In this document: piece by piece, positions 18,059-29,528 of the stretch
Layout of the letters: every line of letters starts with the position of its first letter
Position numbering within the stretch: the stretch's first letter is position 1
Source of the DNA: Pseudomonadota bacterium
GTDB lineage: Bacteria; Pseudomonadota; Gammaproteobacteria; Burkholderiales; Burkholderiaceae_D
Reading direction: 5' to 3'
NCBI GenBank assembly: GCA_040390195.1
Contig: JAZJYV010000078.1
Coordinates: 4,362 to 68,361 of the forward strand
DNA: 64,000 nucleotides
The notes under the pieces: generated by a model
The model's input: the letters and a program-made list of their open reading frames with translations, nothing else
Databases searched by the model: none
Told to the model about the DNA's origin: nothing
Made by a program: the position numbers and the translations under genes

Positions 18059-21000
18059 TCAGGCGCGCAGCTTCTCCGTTTCGAACTGGCGAAACGCGGC
18101 CCGCACCTCGCCGCGCAGGGCGTCGTCGTCCCAGGGCTTGGTGAGGAATTTGTAGATCGAGCCGCGATTGATCGCGTCCGTCACGCTGTGCAGGTCCGTG
18201 TAGCCCGATAGCATCATGCGGATCGTGTGCGGGTACAGGTCGCGCACCCGCGCCAGGAACTCGGCGCCGTTCATTTCCGGCATCCGCTGGTCCGACAGGA
18301 TCACCTGCACCTCGTTTGTGGCCAGCAGCTCAAGGCCGGCGCTGGCGCTGTCGGCGACCAGGATCCGGTAGCCTTCGCGGTGGAACAGGCGATTGAGCGA
18401 AGACAGGATGTTGCGCTCGTCGTCGACCAGCAGCAGCGTGCGCAGGTCCGCGACCGGCGCCTCCGGCAGCGCCAGCATGTGGTTCTGGCGCAGTTGCTCT
18501 TCGAAGTCGGCGCCCGGCATCGGGCGCGCGAAATAATAGCCCTGCATCTCGTCGCAACGGTTGCTGCGCAGGTAGTTGGCCTGGCCCTCGGTCTCGACGC
18601 CCTCGGCAATCACGGTCATGTGCAGGTTGTGCGCCAGGTCGATGATGGCGTGGCAGACGGCGGCGTCGCCCGGATCGCGCGTGAGGTTGCGCACGAAGGA
18701 CTGGTCGATCTTCAGGTGGTCAATTGGCAAGTGGCGCAAGCGGCTCAGCGATGAATGGCCGGTGCCGAAATCGTCGAGCGAGAGCTTGATGCCCAGCGCC
18801 TTCAGGCTCACCAGCGTGGCGAGCGCCTGGTCGACATCATCCATCAGCGTCGACTCGGTGATCTCCACTTCCAGCAGGCTGGGGTCGAGGCCATGCCGCT
18901 CGAGCGCATCGCGGATCTGGCTTGCCAGGTCGGTTTCGCGGAACTGGCGCGGCGACACATTCACCGCCACCGGCACGATCGGCAAACCGGCGTCGCTCCA
19001 GGCGCGCTGCTGGCGCACCACCTCGTCGAGCACCCAGGCGCCGATCGGCACGATCAAGCCGGTGCTCTCGGCCAGCGGAATGAAATCGCCCGGCGCCACC
19101 AGGCCGCGCTGCGGATGCTGCCAGCGTAGCAGCGCCTCGGCGCCCACAACGGCGCCACTGGCCAGGTTCACACGCGGCTGGTAGTACACGCGCAACTCGC
19201 TCTCGTCGAGCCCGTGCTGCAATTCCGATTCGAGCGCGAACAGTTTCAGGCTGCGCTCGTTCATCTCCGGCGCGTAGAAATGGAGCCGGTCGCCGCCCAT
19301 TGCCTGCGCGCTTGCCATGGCCGCGTTGGCGCAGCGCAGCAGAGCGTCGGTGTCGCTGCCATCCTTCGGGTACAGGCTGATGCCGATGCTGGCGCTGGTG
19401 CGGGCGACGCCGCCGGCGATCGCCAGTGGCGCCTGCACCGCCTGCAGCAGCCGCGCGCCGTGCCCCATGACGTCGTCGGCGCATTCGAGGTTGCCCATTT
19501 CGAGCACGAACTCCTCGCCCGACAGGCGCGCCAGCGTGGCGCCGTCGGGCAGCGCGGCCGACAGGGCGCCGGCCACGTGGCTCAGCAGCAGGTTGGCCGC
19601 GTCCGGTCCCAGGCTGTCCTTGATGGTCTTGAAGCGGTCTAGCGTCAACAGCAGTACGGCCACCGTGCGCCCGTCGAGCAGCGCGTGGCGGCTGGACTGG
19701 CGCAGGCGGTCGTTGAACAGGTTGCGGTTAGCCAGCCCGGTCAAGGGATCGTGGTTGAGCTGGTAGTCGAGCGCCTGTTCGGCCTCGACCCGGCCTTCCG
19801 CCTCGCGCTGGCCGACGATGCCAAACGAGAGGTTGTCGGCCAGTTCCTGCAGCAGCTGCATCTCGGCCGTGTCGAACGCGAGCGGATCGACCGAATAGAT
19901 GGTGATCGCGCCAAGCACGCCCTGCTTGTCGCGCAGCGGCAAGGCCATCGAGGCGGCGATGCCGTACTTGCCAGTCAAGGCGCGGCACGGCTCGAACATC
20001 GGCTCGGCACCGGTGTCGCGCGTCACCACGGTTCGTCCGCTGTGGATGGCGTGGCCGCACATGCCGCGCGGCACGGGGTCCGCCGCCCAGCTGAGGTCGG
20101 ACTGGGGCACCCAGCCGACCGGGCCGGCGCTGGCGACGGGGGAAATGCTGCACGCGCCATCATGGCGGGCCAGGCCCACCCAGGCCATCGCATAGCCGCC
20201 ACACTCGACGATGTGCTGGCACACCGTCTGCAGCATCTCCTGTTCGGAGCGGGCGCGCGCGAGCGCTTCGTTGCAGCGCGAGAGCAGGCGCAAGGTACGG
20301 TTCAGCTGGCGCAACTGGTCGCCGCCAGCCGCCTCGCGCTGGTGCGCTGCCAGCATGTCGTCGGCCATCTGGTTCAGCGCCAGGTCCAGCATGCCGAACT
20401 CCTTGCCGCCGGCGCGCTCGGCCATGCGCGCGCTCCAGTCGCCGGTGGCCAGGCGCCGGGCGAACTGGACGCACAGGCCGATGGCGCGGTTGACGTTGCC
20501 GACGATGAAGCGCGCCGCGAGCAGGCCAAGCAGCAGCGCGACGATGCCGCCACCGACCAGGATCTCGCCAATGGTGGCGTTAAGTGTGCGGATGCGCACA
20601 TGGGTGAGCGCCTTGGCCGACTCGGCGTTCTGGCGCAGTTCCTCCAGCGCCGGCTCGATCCGGTGCACCGCTTCGAGATACTCGATGCTGGCCGCATCGA
20701 TCTCCTCGACGCGCGCCACGTAATCGAGGAATCCATCCTCATACAAGGCGAGCAGGTGCTGCAGGCGCTGCGCGTGGTAGGGCGCGAGCCGGGCATGGGT
20801 CAGGGATGTGCGGAACTGCTGCGCCGCATGCGCGAACGCGCCCACGTACAGCTGTTGGCCGCGCGCGATGAAGTCCTTTTCGTAGCGGCGCAGCGTGAGC
20901 AAGTCCACGCGCAGGGCCAGCACGTCGCGCCCCATCACCAGCGCCTCGATCTCATGGGAACGCTGGCGCATGACGCCTTCGAGACCGGTGTCGACCCGTC

Positions 21001-21466
21001 CCAGGCGTCCGTACAGGTCGACCACGTGCAGGAAGCCGCCCGCGTAACGCTCGACGGCGCCGTCGATGGCGCGCGTCTTGGCGTCGATTTCCGTGGAATG
21101 GGACAACAGGCGGATCGCCGCCATGTCCTCGTGCAGCTTCGCCACCTTGTTGCCGACCAGTGTGGCGTAGCGCGCCTTTGCCTCCTCGAAGCTGAACACC
21201 TGGCGCTTGATCAGGAATTCCTTCTCGAAGCGGCGCGCCTTCTCCATCTGGGCCAGGCCGTTCTCGCTCAAGTGGGCGATGCGGTCGTCGCTGTCAAGGA
21301 ACTGGTCGAGCGCGCGCATGCTGCCCCAGTGGCCGAGCAAGGCGCTGGCCGACGAGAGCAGCATCAGCGCGATGACCAGGCCAAAACCGAGCGCCAGCTT
21401 GGCGCGCAGGCTCAGCCGTTCGAAGTGCGCGCGCAGGAAGGTGGTGGCGGACACGGCGCGGTTCAA
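18059..21466 (-). CDS. membrane sensor protein: helical periplasmic domain-HAMP-GAF-GGDEF(SGEEF)-EAL-REC
   Basis: 1135 aa with two TM segments flanking a helical sensor region, then HAMP and GAF. The GGDEF domain carries the motif ARLSGEEF. The EAL domain has EALLRW, DDFGTGHSSL and EGVET. The C-terminal receiver contains LLVDDE...ILSDQRMPEMNG...KFLTKPWD. Confidence 0.9.
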   Translation of the reverse strand: MNRAVSATTFLRAHFERLSLRAKLALGFGLVIALMLLSSASALLGHWGSMRALDQFLDSDDRIAHLSENGLAQMEKARRFEKEFLIKRQVFSFEEAKARYATLVGNKVAKLHEDMAAIRLLSHSTEIDAKTRAIDGAVERYAGGFLHVVDLYGRLGRVDTGLEGVMRQRSHEIEALVMGRDVLALRVDLLTLRRYEKDFIARGQQLYVGAFAHAAQQFRTSLTHARLAPYHAQRLQHLLALYEDGFLDYVARVEEIDAASIEYLEAVHRIEPALEELRQNAESAKALTHVRIRTLNATIGEILVGGGIVALLLGLLAARFIVGNVNRAIGLCVQFARRLATGDWSARMAERAGGKEFGMLDLALNQMADDMLAAHQREAAGGDQLRQLNRTLRLLSRCNEALARARSEQEMLQTVCQHIVECGGYAMAWVGLARHDGACSISPVASAGPVGWVPQSDLSWAADPVPRGMCGHAIHSGRTVVTRDTGAEPMFEPCRALTGKYGIAASMALPLRDKQGVLGAITIYSVDPLAFDTAEMQLLQELADNLSFGIVGQREAEGRVEAEQALDYQLNHDPLTGLANRNLFNDRLRQSSRHALLDGRTVAVLLLTLDRFKTIKDSLGPDAANLLLSHVAGALSAALPDGATLARLSGEEFVLEMGNLECADDVMGHGARLLQAVQAPLAIAGGVARTSASIGISLYPKDGSDTDALLRCANAAMASAQAMGGDRLHFYAPEMNERSLKLFALESELQHGLDESELRVYYQPRVNLASGAVVGAEALLRWQHPQRGLVAPGDFIPLAESTGLIVPIGAWVLDEVVRQQRAWSDAGLPIVPVAVNVSPRQFRETDLASQIRDALERHGLDPSLLEVEITESTLMDDVDQALATLVSLKALGIKLSLDDFGTGHSSLSRLRHLPIDHLKIDQSFVRNLTRDPGDAAVCHAIIDLAHNLHMTVIAEGVETEGQANYLRSNRCDEMQGYYFARPMPGADFEEQLRQNHMLALPEAPVADLRTLLLVDDERNILSSLNRLFHREGYRILVADSASAGLELLATNEVQVILSDQRMPEMNGAEFLARVRDLYPHTIRMMLSGYTDLHSVTDAINRGSIYKFLTKPWDDDALRGEVRAAFRQFETEKLRA

Positions 21467-22299
21467 TCGAGGTAGGGCACGAAATCGAACTTGACGATCA
21501 GGTCCGTCACCTGCGAGGACAGGCAGAACTCGACGAACTCGCGCGCCGCGCCGCTGGGCGCGCCATGGCTGATCAGCATCAGGGGACGGGCCATCGGGTA
21601 ATTTCCATTGCGCACGTTCTTGCTGCTGGCAGTGACGCCGCCCACGGCCAGCAGGCGGATCGGCGCGCCGGCCTGCGCGCGCCGCTCGGCATCGCCGATC
21701 GAGACGAACACGACGGCGTCCGGGTCGGCTGCGACCGCGTCGATGCGCGCCGCGTTCGGGCCGATCGTGCGGTGCGCGGCGAAGCTGGCGTAGGGCAGCC
21801 CGATGTAATGGCTGAACGGCTCGGCCGAGCCGGCCGCGGCCGGACCGGCCAGCAGGTGCACCGGCCGGTCGCGCCCGCCCAGCGCGCGCCAGTTCGCCAC
21901 CTTGCCGCTGTACAGCTCGGCGATCTGGGCAGCGCTCAGGTCGCCCACGGGGTTGTCGCGGTGCACGATCAGGGCCACGCCGTCGCGCGCCACGGGCACG
22001 CCGTACAAGTCATGTTCGCCGGCGCCGAGGGGGCGCGAAACCATGCCCAGGCTGGCCATGCCGCGCCGCGTGTCGTCGATGCCGCTGCCCGTGCCGCCCA
22101 TGCGCACCTCGACCGTGAAGCCGGGGTGGGTCAGCTGATAGCGGCTGGCGATGTCGCGCATCAGCGGCCCCATCGTCGACGAGCCGGACAGCAGCAAGCC
22201 GTTGGGCGCCTCGGCCACCGCGCCCAGCGGGTGGACGGACAGCAGCAACGCGCAGGCGAACAGGCCGAGGCCAATCTTGATCCAGGTCAGGTGTCGCAT
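21463..22299 (-). CDS. PstS-family (PBP_like_2) periplasmic substrate-binding protein
   Basis: ATG at 22299 after an AAGGAG RBS. Signal peptide MRHLTWIKIGLGLFACALLL, then SGSSTMGPL...GGTGSGI motifs. The stop overlaps the start of the downstream sensor gene by 4 bp. The long N-terminal extension of the track ORF is rejected. Confidence 0.8.
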   Translation of the reverse strand: MRHLTWIKIGLGLFACALLLSVHPLGAVAEAPNGLLLSGSSTMGPLMRDIASRYQLTHPGFTVEVRMGGTGSGIDDTRRGMASLGMVSRPLGAGEHDLYGVPVARDGVALIVHRDNPVGDLSAAQIAELYSGKVANWRALGGRDRPVHLLAGPAAAGSAEPFSHYIGLPYASFAAHRTIGPNAARIDAVAADPDAVVFVSIGDAERRAQAGAPIRLLAVGGVTASSKNVRNGNYPMARPLMLISHGAPSGAAREFVEFCLSSQVTDLIVKFDFVPYLD

Positions 22300-22502
22300 G
22301 GTGAAGCTCCTTGCCGCCCGCGCGCGGGGGCGCGGACTCGGACATCGGGTCGCCGCGACGCTGTGGCAGCAGGAAAGGGGAAATCGGGTGCGCGGCGGCG
22401 AGGAGCGGGGAGGCGGGTCCTGGCGGGCTGGCGAGAGCGGCAGCGCGGTCCTATTTGAGTATAGGGCAATAAATACTGGGAAGCAATGACTTTGACGGCC
22501 CC

Positions 22503-24143
22503 TCATTCCGCGACCGGAGCGCGCGGCGCGGGCGGCTTCAGGGGCAGCACCACCCGGAACCGCGTGCCGCGCCCCACTTCGCTGTCCACTTCGATCCGTC
22601 CGCCATGTTTTTGCACGATCCCATAGGACAGCGACAAGCCCAGCCCGGTGCCGGTGCCGACTGGCTTGGTGGTGAAGAAGGGTTCGAAGATGCGGTCCAG
22701 GTGCTGGGGCGCGATGCCCTTGCCGCTGTCCTCGACCTCGACCCAGACCCAGGCCCCGTCCTGGCCGGTGCGCAGCACGATGCGCCCGCTGACCTCGATC
22801 GCGTGCGAGGCGTTCACCAGCAGGTTCATGAACACCTGGTTGAGCTGGGAAGCGTAGCACTCGATCTGGGGAATGCGGGCGTACTCGCGCACCACCTCGA
22901 CCTTGTATTTGAGCTCGTTGGCCACCACCCGCAGCGTGCTGTCAAGGCCCGCCTCGAGGTCGGCCCAGACCCGCTCGGACTCGTCCACGTGCGAGAAATC
23001 CTTCAAGTCCTGCACGATGTTGCGCACCCGTTGCAGGCCATCGTGCGATTCGAGCATCAGGTTGCCGATGTCTTCTCGCAGGTAGGCCAGGTCGATCTGG
23101 CGCCGAATCAGTTCGAGCTCCGGTTCGCTGGCCGCGTCCTCGTAGGCCTTGAGCAGTTGCAGCAAGCCGTCCACGTAGCGCTGCAAGGTGCCCAGGTTGG
23201 CGTTGACGAAGCCGACCGGGTTGTTGATCTCGTGCGCCACGCCGGCTGCCAGCTGGCCGATGGTGGCCATCTTCTCGGACTGCAGCAGCTGGTTCTGGGC
23301 CTGTTCGAGCTTGCCGATCAATTCCTCCTGCTGCTGCTTCTTGGTCAGCAGGGCCGCGTTGAGCATCTGCAGGTCGGCCGTGCGCGCCTGCACCCGCTGT
23401 TCGAGCGCCGCCTCGGCCAGCTTGTGCTCCGTGATGTCGCTAAAGCCGAAGACGCGCCCGATGATGCGCTCGCCAAGCCACTGGGGCCGCGAGCGGCAGG
23501 CGAAATAGCGCCCCTCGTGCAGGTGGAACAAGTCTTCCGTCTCGTCGACCCCGACCACCTCGCGCAGGCGCGAGCGGAACAGGTCGGCCTGCTGCACCCG
23601 GCTGGCCAGGAATTCGAGGATGGCCGCGTCATCCTGGGCGATCAGCAGCGCCTCGGGCAAGGCCCACATGCTGCTGAACAGGCGGTTCATGCTGGTGATC
23701 CTGCCCTGCCAGTCGATCACCAGGATGCCGTTGCCGGTCGATTCGAGCGTGGCGCGCAGCTGCGACAGGGTCTGCGCCAGCGTCTGCTCGATCTCGCGCT
23801 CGTGGCGCACGTCGCGCGCCTGCACCAGCAGCAGGTGCGCGCCCGCGTGGTGCACCAGGCGCACCGATTTCATCACCGTCAGCATCGATTCGTCGGCGCA
23901 CTGGTACAAGCCCTCCTGGGCCTCGACCTCGAGGAACTGGCCGTTGCTCACGTCCTCCCAGTAGAACACGTCCTGCAGGGAGCTCTCGATGCCGGTGATG
24001 GTCATGCCCAGCAAGGCTTGTTCGCTGTAGCCGAGCGTCTGCTGGGCCGCCAGGTTGGCCACCACGATGCGCAGGCCGGCCGGTTCCACCAGCAGCATCA
24101 TGGTGGGGCTGCCGTCGAGCATGAGGCGTTCGAGCTGGCTCAT
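22503..24143 (-). CDS. soluble PAS-domain sensor histidine kinase
   Basis: Two PAS-like regions. H-box AAGVAHEINNPVGF, then the N, G1 and G2 boxes (FMNLLVNASHA, DSGKGI, GTGLGLS). No TM segment and no receiver. Confidence 0.88.
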   Translation of the reverse strand: MSQLERLMLDGSPTMMLLVEPAGLRIVVANLAAQQTLGYSEQALLGMTITGIESSLQDVFYWEDVSNGQFLEVEAQEGLYQCADESMLTVMKSVRLVHHAGAHLLLVQARDVRHEREIEQTLAQTLSQLRATLESTGNGILVIDWQGRITSMNRLFSSMWALPEALLIAQDDAAILEFLASRVQQADLFRSRLREVVGVDETEDLFHLHEGRYFACRSRPQWLGERIIGRVFGFSDITEHKLAEAALEQRVQARTADLQMLNAALLTKKQQQEELIGKLEQAQNQLLQSEKMATIGQLAAGVAHEINNPVGFVNANLGTLQRYVDGLLQLLKAYEDAASEPELELIRRQIDLAYLREDIGNLMLESHDGLQRVRNIVQDLKDFSHVDESERVWADLEAGLDSTLRVVANELKYKVEVVREYARIPQIECYASQLNQVFMNLLVNASHAIEVSGRIVLRTGQDGAWVWVEVEDSGKGIAPQHLDRIFEPFFTTKPVGTGTGLGLSLSYGIVQKHGGRIEVDSEVGRGTRFRVVLPLKPPAPRAPVAE

Positions 24144-25420
24144 CGTGGCGGCACCGCGGGCGCCGCCGTGCCGGCGTCGAAGTAGTAGCTGACGCGCTTG
24201 CGCGGGCTGAGGTAGTCGTACACTTCGCGCGGCACCTGGGCCGGGCGGATCGCCTTGGCGATGTTGACCTCGGTCTCATGCTCGAGGTCGACCAGCACCG
24301 CCTCCTTCTTGGGGATGGCGGCGTCGTAGATCATGATCATCGGCTTCATGGGACGGTTGGTGTTGACGGTGGTGACCAGGCCGATCACCCCGTTCGACAG
24401 CTGCACGATGGTGCCCGGCGGGTAGACCCCGAGGCAGCGGATGAACAGTTGCAGGATCTTCGGATCGAATTTGCTGCGCAGCTTGGCGAACATGAGCGAC
24501 AGGGCTTCATGCGGGGTCAGGGCGTCATTGATGTTGGCCGGATTGCACAGCTGGTCGTAGTGGTTGGCGATGGCGACGATGCGCGCGAGCAGGCTGATCG
24601 CGTCACCCTTGAGCTTGGCCGGGTAGCCGCTGCCGTCGAAAAACTCGTGGTGCTCGCGGATCACGGCCAGGGCCGGCGCGGCCAGCTGCAGGCGGCGCCC
24701 GATGTTGTAGCCGTATTCGGCGTGCATTTCGTAGAGGTGGCGTTCGGGCCCGGAGAACGGCGCTTGCTGCTGCAGCAGCTTGGGCGGCAGCTCCTTGTGG
24801 CCGATGTCGTGGAACATGGCGCCCATGCCCAGCGGCGTGACCGCCTCGGCCGGCAGCTTCATGTCGCGCGCCATCATCATCGACAGGATCGTCACGTTCA
24901 GCGAATGGAAGTACATCTCCTCGCCGCCGGGCTTGTCGCCCATCACATGGATCGCCAGCTCCGGCTCGGACAGGATCGAATCGGCGATCTGGGTCACCAG
25001 CCGGGTGGCCTGCTGGACCGTCTCGGCCGGGCGCGCATACAGGTTGCGGTCGATCTCGCGCAAGGTGTTGGCCGTGTCGGCGTAGGCATTCTCGACGCGG
25101 GCGGTGGCCTCGCGCTGCAGGCGGATGCGCTCGATCATCACGCGCTTGGCCTCGAGCGCCGGCGAGACCTCGGGCGCGGGCGCCTCCGGCTGGACCGGCG
25201 CCGGCGTGTCCGGCGCGGCCGGCGCCAGCGGCAGCGCCGTGCTCAGCTGGGGGCTGTAGCGGACCCGGGCCAGGCCCAGGCTGCGGATGATGCGGATCTG
25301 CTCCTCGTCCTTGATGCGGAAATGGCCGAACACGAAAGGTTGCTCGAACCATTTCAGGTCGAGGTAGATGTACAGCCCGACCCGCAGCTGTTCCATGGTG
25401 ACATGAGTGTGATCCGGCAT
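24140..25420 (-). CDS. HD-GYP domain phosphodiesterase with DUF3391-type N-terminus
   Basis: ATG at 25420 after a GGAGG RBS. The N-terminus LRVGLYIYLDLKWFEQPFVFGHFRIKDEEQI is DUF3391-like. HD (FHDIGH) and HHEFFDGSGYP motifs are present. ATGA overlap with the kinase gene. Confidence 0.88.
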   Translation of the reverse strand: MPDHTHVTMEQLRVGLYIYLDLKWFEQPFVFGHFRIKDEEQIRIIRSLGLARVRYSPQLSTALPLAPAAPDTPAPVQPEAPAPEVSPALEAKRVMIERIRLQREATARVENAYADTANTLREIDRNLYARPAETVQQATRLVTQIADSILSEPELAIHVMGDKPGGEEMYFHSLNVTILSMMMARDMKLPAEAVTPLGMGAMFHDIGHKELPPKLLQQQAPFSGPERHLYEMHAEYGYNIGRRLQLAAPALAVIREHHEFFDGSGYPAKLKGDAISLLARIVAIANHYDQLCNPANINDALTPHEALSLMFAKLRSKFDPKILQLFIRCLGVYPPGTIVQLSNGVIGLVTTVNTNRPMKPMIMIYDAAIPKKEAVLVDLEHETEVNIAKAIRPAQVPREVYDYLSPRKRVSYYFDAGTAAPAVPPR

Positions 25421-25538
25421 GGTGCGACCTCCGGTCCGTGCTGCGATGGGACGGCCTCGCTCCCGCGGGCGGGAACCAGAACGTCTGCCTGCCAAGCTTG
25501 CTACTACGTTTACGACTTCCTATCTTACCATTGCCCAC

Positions 25539-27011
25539 TCAAAACATCGGCAGGCGCGCCGCGTCGACGATTTTGCGGATGATGTAATAGCGGCCCCTGG
25601 TGTAGGGCGGGAAGAACAATTTGATCGTCATCAGGCGCGTCGCGCGCAGCACGCCCCGCTCGTGGGAGAAGGCCCTGAAACCGAACACCCCGTGCGCATT
25701 GCCGATGCCCGAATTGTTGACCCCGCCGAAAGGCAGGTTTCCGTGCGCGAAATGGGCCACGCAATGGTTCACGCAGGCGCCGCCCGAACTGGTGTTCTGC
25801 AAGACCTGGTCGACCTGGCGCTGGCGCCGGCTCCAGACGTACAGGGCGAGCGGCTTGGGGCCGGCGTTGATCTGGGCGATCAGCGCATCCAGGTCGGTGT
25901 AGCCGATGATCGGCAGCAGCGGCCCGAAAATCTCCTCGGACAGGATGCGCGCGCCGGCCGGGATCTGGCCCAGCAGGGTCGGCGCCACATAGCACTGGTC
26001 GGCGTCGACCACCCCGCCGCAATGGACCACCGCGCCCTGCCCGACGGCGTCGGCCAGCAGGCCGGCCACCCGTTCGGTGTGGCGCCGATTGATGATGCGC
26101 GCCAGGTCCGGACTGCGCTGCTGCTCGGCGTCGCTGGCGCCGTAGCGCGCTTGCAGCACGCCCCGGCAGGCGTCGATGAAGGCCAGGCGCACCGATTCGT
26201 GCACGAACACATGGTCGGGCGCGACGCAGGTCTGGCCGTTGTTGATGAATTTGCCCCACATGATGGTCTGCGCCGCCAGCGTCAGGTCGGCGCTGGCGTC
26301 GACGATGGTCGGCGAGCGCCCGCCCAGTTCAAGCGTCACGCTGGCCAGGTGGCGGGCCGCCGCCGCCATGACGAGCTTGCCGACGGCCGGCGAGCCGGTG
26401 AAGAAGATGTGGTCGAACGGCAGCGCCAGCAAGGCCTGCGCGGTGGCGCTGGCGCCCTCGAACAGGGCCACCTCGTCGCAGCGGAAGGTGGCCGCCAGGA
26501 TGCGCGCCATCACCTTCGAGACGGCCGGCGTCATCTCCGAGGGCTTGACGATGACGGTGTTGCCGGCCGCCAGGGCCGACACCAGGGGGCCGAAGCACAG
26601 GCCCAGCGGGTAGTTCCAGGGCGCCACGATCAAGACCCGGCCGCGCGGCTGGTACTGGACCCAGGCCGAGGTGCCCAGCATGGTCGGCGTGGGCCACAGC
26701 TTGCGCGGCTTCATCCACTTCTTGAGCATGCCCAGCGCCTGGCGCATCTCTTCGAGCACCGGCAGCAGTTCCGACGCTTCCACTTCGGCCGGCCCCTTGC
26801 GGTAGTCCTGCTCGAAGGCCTGGTAGAACGCTCCCCGCTCGGCCAGCACGGCCGTGCGCAGGGCCTTGATGCGGGCCATGCGCTCGCTCGCGCCCGAGGC
26901 CCTCCAGCGCAGCGCCGTGGCTTGCTGGGCGGCGAAGGTGGCGGCCATGTCGGCCGGGTCGGCCTCCACGGTGGCGCGCGGGGATGGGGCGTTGAGCTCG
27001 GTCGGGTTCAT
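25539..27011 (-). CDS. NAD(P)-dependent aldehyde dehydrogenase (class 3 / coniferyl-aldehyde dehydrogenase-like)
   Basis: PWNYP, TLELGGRSP and catalytic NNGQTCVAPD motifs. ATG at 27011. Confidence 0.87.
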   Translation of the reverse strand: MNPTELNAPSPRATVEADPADMAATFAAQQATALRWRASGASERMARIKALRTAVLAERGAFYQAFEQDYRKGPAEVEASELLPVLEEMRQALGMLKKWMKPRKLWPTPTMLGTSAWVQYQPRGRVLIVAPWNYPLGLCFGPLVSALAAGNTVIVKPSEMTPAVSKVMARILAATFRCDEVALFEGASATAQALLALPFDHIFFTGSPAVGKLVMAAAARHLASVTLELGGRSPTIVDASADLTLAAQTIMWGKFINNGQTCVAPDHVFVHESVRLAFIDACRGVLQARYGASDAEQQRSPDLARIINRRHTERVAGLLADAVGQGAVVHCGGVVDADQCYVAPTLLGQIPAGARILSEEIFGPLLPIIGYTDLDALIAQINAGPKPLALYVWSRRQRQVDQVLQNTSSGGACVNHCVAHFAHGNLPFGGVNNSGIGNAHGVFGFRAFSHERGVLRATRLMTIKLFFPPYTRGRYYIIRKIVDAARLPMF

Positions 27012-27080
27012 GGGCGCGAATGGGGTGGACGAAAACGCTGAGCCTAGCATGCGCGGCGCGCCCGTTGTGACAGCTTTCCT

Positions 27081-29465
<2,385 letters not shown>

Positions 29466-29470
29466 GGCAA

Positions 29471-29508
29471 AGCGAAAAGGCCGCCCACATCTGCATGCGG
29501 GCGGCCTT
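29471..29508 (-). terminator. Rho-independent terminator downstream of the TonB-dependent receptor gene
   Basis: On the minus strand: aaggccgccc-gcatgcagatgt-gggcggcctt followed by ttttcgcttt. Confidence 0.55.
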
Positions 29509-29528
29509 GGTGACGGGGCGCCAGGCGC

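Noticed and set aside
21463-22860. The 465-aa version of the binding-protein ORF. The same issue affects the N-terminal extensions of ORFs 1284..3146, 4889..5443, 24140..25495, 35921..37129, 38162..39367 and 49252..50580.
   Set aside because: The extensions are Arg/Pro-rich and have no homology. Internal ATG or GTG codons preceded by good RBS sequences give N-termini matching the protein families (a signal peptide or the canonical first motif).
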